From Mytilus californianus (lineage: Eukaryota): a DNA stretch of 64,000 bases. Below, piece by piece: positions 1-9,500 of this stretch (the stretch's first letter is position 1; each line of letters opens with the position of its first letter). The notes below the pieces were generated by a model. That model saw only the letters and a list, made by a program, of their open reading frames with translations. It was not told where the DNA came from and did no database searches. The DNA lies in NCBI RefSeq assembly GCF_021869535.1, contig NW_026262734.1:23870001-23934000 (forward strand), given 5' to 3'. The translations under genes and the position numbers were made by a program.

Positions 1-2
1 AC

Positions 3-545
3 TGTCCTTTCCTCGATCTTGATATCTATATCATTAACGGGAAGCTTAATACAAAAATGTATGATAAAAGAGATGATTTTTCATTTCATATCGTTAATTA
101 TCCATTTTTAGATGGCGACGTTCCCTTGTCGCCATCTTATAGTGTTAATATATCTCAACTTGTACGATTCGCTCGTGTATGTAACAACGTATTAGATTTT
201 AGCGAGAGAAATTTATGTATTACTGAAAAATTATTACACCAGGGTTTTCGATATCATAAACTAGTCAAAACATTTACTAAATTTTATCATCGGTATAAGG
301 ACATCATTCGTAAATATAACTCAACATGCAGACATCTTATACGTTCGGGTATTTCACATCCAATCTTTTATGGTAATATTCTTTACAAAGCACAAAAATG
401 TCAGTATTCACCTCAAAAGCTAACAAAACCTTTAAACAGACTTATTAAGAAGGGATATAGTTACGATACTGTTGTCAGGTCATTAAAGATTGCATATTTT
501 GGCTTTAATATTGATTCACTTATAGGGTCTTTGCATCGGAATTAA
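3..545 (+). mobile_element. C-terminal part of a Penelope-like retroelement reverse transcriptase (RT motif E to thumb), probably Naiad clade; ORF runs off the left edge
   Basis: The frame is open from position 3: CPFLDLDIYIINGKLNTKMYDKRDDFSFHIVNYPFLDGDVP..SYSVNISQLVRFARVC. FLDL and YDKRDDF..S..Y..SQL.R.AR are PLE RT/thumb motifs. The ORF stops at 545 with no C-terminal GIY-YIG, as expected for the permuted N-terminal-EN (Naiad) clade. Confidence 0.8.
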
Positions 546-590
546 ACATATTTATTCTAAAACCAGTTGTTGGCATGACACGGGTTATGT

Positions 591-668
591 TCTTCTCATA
601 TATTTTATGATGGTATAATACTAAACCCCTAACAGGAGGGATTGTGCCTGATATTCATATGATGAAGA
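591..668 (+). promoter_or_regulatory. SECIS element (form II) in the 3' UTR of the PLE
   Basis: Core ATGAT 607-611 / TGAT 649-652. Helix II GGTATAAT 612-619 / ATTGTGCC 641-648 (8 bp). Unpaired AAA 623-625, 12 nt after ATGA. Apical mini-stem CCT/AGG. Helix I TCTTC-TCATAT 591-601 / ATATGA-T-GAAGA 657-668. Confidence 0.8.
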
Positions 669-858
669 CATAATCTTTCAATCAGTTTAATTGAGGTCTG
701 GAGCTGGCATGTCAGTAACTGCTAGTAGTCTGTTGTTATTTATGTATTATTGTCATTTTGTTTATTTTCTTTTGTTTCCTATTCTGACATCGGACTCGGA
801 CTTCTCTTAAACTGAGTTTTACTGTGAGTACTGTTGTACGTTTGTTTTTTTCTATATT

Positions 859-950
859 GGCTAGAGGTATAGGGGGAGGGTTGAGATCTCAAAAAACATG
901 TTTAACCCCGCCGCATTTTTGCGCCTGTCCCAAGTCAGGAGCTTCTGGCC
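859..950 (+). ncRNA. Twister ribozyme-like fold, type-P5 circular permutation; predicted cleavage U903/A904
   Basis: P5 GGCTAGAGG 859-867 / CTTCTGGCC 942-950. P2 GGGG 872-875 / CCCC 906-909. GAGGG 876-880. TAA 903-905. GC 910-911. P3 CGCA 912-915 / TGCG 920-923. P4 CCTG 924-927 / CAGG 936-939. L4 TCCCAAGT. Conserved A940. This matches the recalled O. sativa twister core (UAA-P2-GC-P3-P4-UCCCAAGC-P4-A...P2-GAGGG). Confidence 0.75.
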
Positions 951-1949
951 TTTGTTAGTCTTGTATCATTTTTAATTTTAGTTTCTTGTGTATAATTTGG
1001 AGTTTAGTATGACGTCCATTATCACTGAACTAGTATACATATTTGTTTAGGGGCCAGCTGAAGGACGCCTCCGGGTGCGGGAGTTTCTCGCTGCATTGAA
1101 GACCCATTGGTGGCCTTCGGCTGTTGTCTGCTCTATGGTCGGGTTGTTGTCTCTTTGACACATTCCCCATTTCCATTCTCAATTTTATACATCTACAAAA
1201 TCTACACAGAATGGAAACTGTCAATATAGCCACGGTGCAATTTTGGTACCCTCATATGATTTGCTGTATCATCGAATAGTAATGAGGAATTAACGGTGTT
1301 ACTTGGTGTGTCTCAAATTCTCAATATAATAGCAAAATAATATAATATACAATATTCCAAATCAATGGGCCCATTAGGTGCACAATAAGACGACAAGCCA
1401 ACTTAACACAGCCATGCATGGAAATTTCAGACGAATCGGACAAATATAAATGTGTTTAAATACTTGTTCTTTCCACGAACAAACATCTTATGGAACCAAC
1501 TACCACCACCTGTGATAGGCGTCCCAAAATTGGATGCATTTAAGGTTGCAGCCAAGGGAATATGCTAAACTTCCACATAATTGTACAGGGTAAATACCGG
1601 TTTATTCTTTTAAAAATTTTGAGGCTCTGCTTGCGGATGTTACTAATTAAGTAACCTAATTTAAGTTAAAGTTGAAGTAGACTTCTACACAGTAATTGTC
1701 TCCGGCGTCTTCAATACAAGTTATGATCCGCATTTCTCCTAAAAGATAAAAATTGGTATATTTTGAGAAATTATATATCATGCTAAAGGACTATTAGGAA
1801 CACTCTAAATATTAGCGATTCGAATTATATTTGAGTTTTATATGTACTGTTTGTATACTACATGATGCTTTCCATTCTTTTGCTACCGCGTTTTATTGCG
1901 GTTACTGAAGTAAGATCAGGAAACAAACTATAGTTACTTATAGTTGATT

Positions 1950-3258
1950 TCCAGTACAGGATCCCTTAAGGTTCCTCTTCACCACTCATAATTTAAGTTT
2001 TTTTCTAGTACTGTTTTGTCCGTGACTTCCGGATATTTCTGTTCTGTAGTTATTATAATATAGCTCTTCGTCGGACCAATATTTATCTAGTCGGTTTTTA
2101 AAGGCATTAATGGATGGGGCCTTTGTTATTTTATCTGGTAGTTTGTTTCAGGTTTTAGCAATTCTAACAGAGAATGAGTGTTTACGGATATTAGATTGGA
2201 ATCTTTGGTGAATGACTTTGTTACTGTTTGTCCTGCTACTAAATCTTTGTTGAGAATCATCTGCCATTTTTAAAAATGAGCTTACTTCTTTGTCATAGTA
2301 GCCATTGATTGTTTTGAAGGTTTCAATCATATCCCCTCTTATTCTCCTATAAGATAGTGATGGTAAACCTAGTTTTTTAAGTCTCTCTGGATAGCTCATG
2401 TCTTTGAGACCTGGTAGTTGTTTTGTTACCCTTCTTTGGACTCCTTCTATTTTATCAATATCTTTTTTCTTGTATGGAGACCAAACTGAACTTGCATAGT
2501 CCAAATGAGTTCTAACCATGGTTTTGTATAGTGGTATGAATGTCTCAATTCCCAAGTATTTAAATGTTCTTCTGAGAACTGCAAATATGGAGTTGGCCTT
2601 GTTCACTTTTTCACTTATGTGATTCTCAAAGGTGAGTTCTGAGTCGATAAGGACTCCTATATCTTTTTCCTCTTTAAACTTTGCTATTGGATGATTTAAT
2701 TAGTAGACTATAATTTGGTGATTGATCAGTGCTGTTTGATTTCTTGCATATTATCATGTATTTACATTTTTCAGGGTGACATTTGAGTAACCATTTGTCA
2801 CACCAGGCTTCCATCTTATGTAGATCATCTTGTAGAATTTCTCTGTCATTTTGGGTTTTTATTATTCTGAAGAATTTGGTGTCATCTGCAAATAGGTAGG
2901 CATCAGAATCCACTAGGTCTGGAAGATCATTTATATATAGTACAAATAGTAGTGGTCCTAATACTGATCCTTAGGATATCCCTGATGTAACATTCGCCCA
3001 ATCTGATTCTTCACCATTCACTATGACTTTTTTGTTTCCTGTCTTCTAAGAAGTTTGTGATCCACCCTACTATATCTTCATTAATACCTAGATTTTTAAT
3101 TTTGGCTATCAATCTTCTATGAGGTACCTTATCAAAGGCCTTCATAAAGTCAGTATATACGCAGTCTATGTCAAAACCATGATCTAGTGCCTCGATCTGT
3201 CCACTTATCAATCACTTCTAACAATTGAAGACCAGTTGACCTTCCTGCAATAATTTTT
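1950..3258 (-). mobile_element. CR1-type LINE RT fragment, 5'-truncated and frameshifted
   Basis: ORFs 3011-3211 (VYTDFMKAFDKVPH..L), 2674-2913 (YLFADDTK) and 2148-2606 (LYKTMVRTHLDYASSVWSPY..IEGVQRR.TK...L.RRIRGDMIETFK) are collinear CR1 RT and C-terminal motifs. Boundaries are approximate. Confidence 0.9.
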
Positions 3259-3504
3259 GTAATCTAATTCAATCGTTTGTAGAGTGGAGACAGAAAAAGG
3301 AGAAAGATATAATGGATTCCCGGTTTACCTTTTCTGTAAGTGATTCCGTATTTCCGTGATGGCATGGAATGAATGACTTCCATCTTTTCGTAATGCCTAG
3401 TATCAGGGACGATAACTCTAATCATCACTACTAGATAACAGAAACAGGCAACAAACAGCCCACAAAGCACATAGTTTCTTGCAAAATACACGAGCAGATA
3501 AAAG

Positions 3505-6500
3505 ATGTCATCACAAAGTATACCCGTACAAAAGGCAGATATGCATGTTCCATCAATGGAAGAAGTTGCAAAAGGTGAAATATGATAAAATTGTCCGTTT
3601 TATCTAAGGTCAAAATATAGTACGCGGATTATGTATGCGACAACAACTTGAACAAGTTGAAAACATGTATTTATCTACTTTTAAAATTTTAGAATAAACC
3701 GATCTGAAATTTAGAAAATTCTCTCGATACAAACATATATAAGTTCACCATTTCTTAGGTAACAGGCTTTTGTCATGGACCCCCTTTTTTGGTTTTTACA
3801 AAAAAGTTTAAAATAAAATATAAGGGGTCGTTGTCATAAGATCCTGTGTTGGCTATTGTTCATAAATCGCAAGGCTATTTTTTTTTATTATTAAACAACT
3901 GAAACTAGACTACTTGGGATATAAAAAGCTCTTTACGGTCCCCCCCCCCCCCTCCCCAAAAAAAAGTCTTAGAAAATTCATTTTTTATAAAATCAGTGAG
4001 TCTGAAAATAAATTAATTTTCCCCAAATGTTTTTTTTAATTTTTTTATTCATTTCATTTATGTACCCATACCCATGTTGCATATCCAAGCAACATGACTG
4101 AAATTGGCAAATATATAAATAAAGAGAGAAGCTTGTTCTATATAGCACACTACATATCATCTTAAGTGTTACCAAAAATATTGTGTCCAGGCTAATAATC
4201 ACCATAGGCATGTAAGGAGGGGGGTTCCTCAACATATGATTTTGAATACAGGCATTCAGCTTGGTTTGAAAAACACCCCCAATTATATAGAAGTTTTGTG
4301 AATAACCCACCCAAAAATGTATTTCATGGCAAAATCATTACCCATTCATATATTTCTCAGTTGTAAATATTAAGTCCTGTTACATCTTTATTTAGATGAA
4401 AAAGTTTTTTCTTGACTTCTTATGTCAATACAAGTTTCAGCAGATAAAGATCACATCATTCATACTCACTAGATATAAGGTGTGGTGCACTGTATTTACA
4501 GACATTTAATGGAAAAATGAAACATTTTGACCCATTGATATGTTTCATTGATGAAATTTCACACCATTGACGTTGATATATTTAAAATAAAAGTTACCCA
4601 TTCCAGCGGCATGGCACGTCTGCTTTATACCTTCATATAGGAACAGATTCCCCCATAATGAAAATTTACTTTTTAATTAACACCTGGATGTCACATACTT
4701 TTAAGAACATATCATAGAACATTTCATATTTTGCTGAATATCTTTTGGTAGCATAGTTGATATTAAAAGTAACAAAATATCTTATTTTAATAGGCTTTGT
4801 TTTGTACCGAAAAGGTCAAAGTACAAAGATTTTATTTTAATAGACTTCATTCAATAGTGTATTAGACAAGTAACAATGATTTATATTATATTTTGCTTTT
4901 TTCTCACCTTTTGTACTTGGTGAATAGTTGTATTATTGACATGCATTCACATCTCCTTAATTTTATGTTCACAAAAAACTGGTTTATGCTGTTTTTGAAA
5001 GTAAATATTGTTTTTCTATTTTTTGTAGTATTAAATGGTGGTTTAGAGAAGAATTTTTCAACAGTCAGTGTGAATGTTGTAGATTGTCCTGATCTGACCC
5101 AGAAACCATATGGTCTATCAGCACCAGGTAAATCTTAATGTTAAATATAGGCTCATCCATAACAAACTTAAAATTACATGAAAATAAAAGCAAGCAATAA
5201 AGATTGTTATTGGGATTGACCACTTGAAAATTGTCTTTGCAAAATGTTCCATTGTTAACTTTAAGTAGTGATTAGATAATTCATTAGAAAGAAACAAAGT
5301 GACATGGTGTACTTTCAATTATGTGATTTGAAATGTTTACAGGTCTGCCCAAATTTCAAGCTAACTGGATGTATGCTACTGATTCTGCAATAGTTGAAAC
5401 TGTATAATAGATAAAATTCAAGACGAAAGTTGTAAAATTTTGATTTTCATAATAATTTATTAAAACATTTTTGAACAGGTTTGAATGGAAACCCAAGACT
5501 TGCTGACATTGGTGGACCTCCCTACCTGACACCATTGCCACAGCTTAACAAGGTACAAATATTGTAATACTTAAATTGTTTTCAAAAAGTTCATTCAAAT
5601 CAGCTCATGAGAAATAATGTACTGGTACCTGGACATAACCTACTGAACAGGCCCTACATGAAGAGTTTAAGGTTCATAAGTTTATTCATTACATATATAT
5701 CAACATCAAGACAATTTCACATATATAACCAAATAAAAGAATCTTCATGAAATTGACTGATGACAAAAATATATATGTTTTATAGGTTAGCATATACTGA
5801 AGTCATCAATTAATTACATTGTAAATAAAATAATTGACAATCTTGCAGTCACTGCCATCAGATGATAGACTGTGACATATCTTTTTTAGTCTTTGTGTCC
5901 AAGTTTATGCATTTACGCAGAATGCTGAGTTGGTAAAATTACCTGGGGAATTTTATGTTTTCAGGTCTATACATTTACTCAGAATGCTGAGTTGGTAGAA
6001 TTACCTGGAGCATTTTATGTTTTCAGGTCTATACATTTACCCAGATTGCTGAGTTGGTAGAATTTCCTGGAGCATTTTAAGTTTTCAGGTCTATACATTT
6101 ACTCAGAATGCTGAGTTGGTAGAATTACCTGGAGCATTTTATGTTTTCAGGTCTACATTTACTCATAATGCTGAGTTGGTAGAATTACCTGGAACAGTTT
6201 ATGCTTTCAGGTCTTTACATTTACTCAGATTGCTGAGTTGGTAGAATTACCTGGAGCATTTTTTGTTTGTTTTCAGGTCCATACATTTACTCAGAATGCT
6301 GAGTTGGTAGAATACCTGGAGCATTTTATGTTTTCAGGTCTATACATTTACTCAGATTGCTGAATTGGTAGAATTACCTGGAGCATTTTATGTTTTCAGG
6401 TCTATACATTTACCCAGATTGCTGAGTTGGTAGAATTACCTGGAGCATTTTATGTTTTCAGGTCCATACATTTACTCAGAATGCTGAGTTGGTAGAATAC

Positions 6501-9500
6501 CTGGAGCATTTTATGTTTTCAGGTCTATACATTTACTCAGATTGCTGAATTGGTAGAATTACCTGGAGCATTTTATGTTTTCAGGTCTATACATTTACCC
6601 AGATTGCTGAGTTGGTAGAATTACCTGGAGCATTTTAAGTTTTCAGGTCTATACATTTACTCAGATTGCTGAGTTGGTAGAATTACCTGGAGCATTTTAT
6701 GTTTTCAGGTCTATACATTTACCCAGATTGCTGAGTTGGTAGAATTACCTGGAGCATTTTATGTTTTCAGGTCTATACATTTACTCAGATTGCTGAGTTG
6801 GTAGAATTACCTGGAGCATTTTATGTTTTCAGGTCTATACATTTACCCAGATTGCTGAGTTGGTAGAATTACCTGGAGCATTTTATGTTTTCAGGTCTAT
6901 ACATTTACTCAGATTGCTGAGTTGGTAGAATTACCTGGAGCATTTTATGTTTTCAGGTCTATACATTTACCCAGATTGCTGAGTTGGTAGAATTACCTGG
7001 AGCATTTTAAGTTTTCAGGTCTACATTTACTCATAATGCTGAGTTAGACGAATTACCTGGAACATTTTATGCTTTCAGGTCGATACATTTACTCAGATTG
7101 CTGAGTTGGTAGAATTACCTGGAGCATTTTTTTGTTTTCAGGTCCATACATTTACTCAGAATGCTGAGTGGGTAGAATACCAGGAGCATTTTATGTTTTC
7201 AGGTCTATACATTTACTCAGATTGCTGAGCTGGTAGAATTACCTGGAACATTTTATGTTTTCAGGTCTATACATATACTCAGAATGCTGAGCTGGTAGAA
7301 TAACCTGGAGCATTTTTAGCTCACCTGGCCCGAAGGGCCAAGTGAGCTTTCTCATCACTTGGCGTCCGTCGTCCGTCGTCCGGCGTCGTCCGTCGTCGGC
7401 GTTAACTTTTTACATTTTGAACTTCTTCTAGAGAACCACTGAATGGAATGAAACCAAACATGGCATGAATGTTCCTTATGAGGTGCTGACCAAGTGTTGT
7501 TACTTTGTAGCCAATCCATCATCCAAGATGGCCGCCAGCGGGGGACTTAGTTTAACATAGGACCCTATGGGAAATGCATACAAATGACTTCTTTTAGAGA
7601 ACCACTGAATGGAATGAAACCAAACATGGCATGAATGTTCCTTATGAGGTGCTCACCAAGTGTTGTTACTTTGTAGCCGATCCATCATCCAAGATGGCCG
7701 CCAGCAGGGGACTTAGTTTAACATAGGACCCTATGGGAAATGCATACAAATGACTTCTTTTAGAGAACCACTGAATGGAATAAAACCAAACATGGCATGA
7801 ATGTTCCTTATGAGGTGCTGACCATGTGTTGTTACTTTGTAGCCGATCCATCATCCAAGATGGCCGCCATCGGGGGTTCTTAGTTTAACATAGGACCCTA
7901 TGGGAAATACATACAATTGTCTTCTTTTAGAGAACCACTGAATGGAATGAAACCAAACATTGCATGAATGTTCCTTATGAGGTGCTGACCAAGTGTTGTT
8001 ACTTTGAAGCCGATCCATCATCCAAGATGGCCGCCAGCGGGGGACTTAGTTTAACATAGGACCCTATGGGAAATACATAAAAATGTCTTCTTTTAGAGAA
8101 CCACTGAATGGAATGGAACCAAACATGGCATGAATGTTCCTTATGAGTTGCTGACCAAGTGTTGTTACTTTGCAGTCGGTCCATCATCCAAGATGGCCGC
8201 CAGCGGGGGACTTAGTTTAACATTGGACCTATGGGAAATACATACAAATGTCTTCTTTTAGAGAACCACTGAATGGAATGAAACCAAACATGGCATGAAT
8301 CTACCTTATGAGATGCTGACCAAGTGTTGTTACTTTGTAGCCGATCCATCATCCAAGATGGCCGCCAGCGGGGGACTTAGTTTTACATAGGACCCTTTGG
8401 GAAATACATAAAAATGTCTTCTTTTAGAGAACGAATAAATGGAATGGAACCAAACATGGCATGAATGTTCCTTATGAGATGTTGACTAAGTGTTGTAATT
8501 TTGCAGCCGATCCATGATCCAAGATGGCCGCCAGCGGGGGACTTAGTTTAACATAGGACCCTATGGGAAATACATACAATTGTCTTCTTTTAGAGAACCA
8601 CTGAATGGAATGGAACCAAACATGGCATGAATGTTCCTTATGAGTTGCTGACCAAGTGTTGTTACTTTGCAGTCGGTCCATCATCCAAGATGGCCGCCAG
8701 CGGGGGACTTAGTTTAACATTGGACCTATGGGAAATACATACAAATGTCTTCTTTTAGAGAACCACTGAATGGAATGAAACCAAACATGGCATGAATCTA
8801 CCTTATGAGATGCTGACCAAGTGTTGTTACTTTGTAGCCGATCCATCATCCAAGATGGCCGCCAGCGGGGGACTTAGTTTTACATAGGACCCTTTGGGAA
8901 ATACATAAAAATGTCTTCTTTTAGAGAACAAATAAATGGAATGGAACCAAACATGGCATGAATGTTCCTTATGAGATGTTGACTAAGTGTTGTAATTTTG
9001 CAGCCGATCCATCATCCAAGATGGCCGACAGCGGGGTTCTTAGTTTAACATAGGACCCTATGGGAAATACATACAATTGTCTTCTTTTAGAGAACCAATG
9101 AATGGAATTGAACCAAACATGGCATGAATGTTTCTTATGAGTTGCTGACCAAGTGTTGTTACTTTGCAGTCGATCCATCATCCAAGATGGCTGTTAGGGG
9201 GGGGGGGGGGGGGGCTTAGTTTAACATAGGACCCTATGGGAAATACATACAAATGTCTTCTTTTAGAGTACCACTGAATGGAATGAAACCAAACATGGGA
9301 TAAATGTTCCTTATAAAGTGCTGACCAAGTGTTGCTACTTTGTTGCTGATTTACTGTTCAAGATGGCCACCAGGATATTTAATTAAATAACGGGACCAAT
9401 ATTAATCAAAATTTGGCCTCAATCATTATTTGGGTATCTGTTATGATTTTTATCTATCTTTACATGATTTCTAAAACCAAAGTAGAGTCAGGTGAGCGAC

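Noticed and set aside
1050-1125. HDV-like ribozyme interpretation of the 3' structured domain (and of 27095-27200)
   Set aside because: There is no 7-bp P1 with a proper P3/L3 and no C75-type J4/2 spacing; kept only as unassigned structures.
3264-3491. Minus-strand ORF with a hydrophobic stretch and an apparent donor (AAAG|GTAAAC)
   Set aside because: It starts at GTG, overlaps the C11orf54 promoter/5' UTR, has no recognisable homology, and I found no downstream exon. A divergent transcript cannot be excluded.
5752-5805. C/D box-like pair (TGATGA ... CTGA) with a 3-bp terminal stem in a C11orf54 intron
   Set aside because: It is only ~50 nt, very AT-rich, has an imperfect C box and no evident guide; expected by chance.
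7666-9181. Repeated ORFs MMDRLQSNNTWS...
   Set aside because: These are translations of the 166-bp internal repeats of a non-autonomous element.
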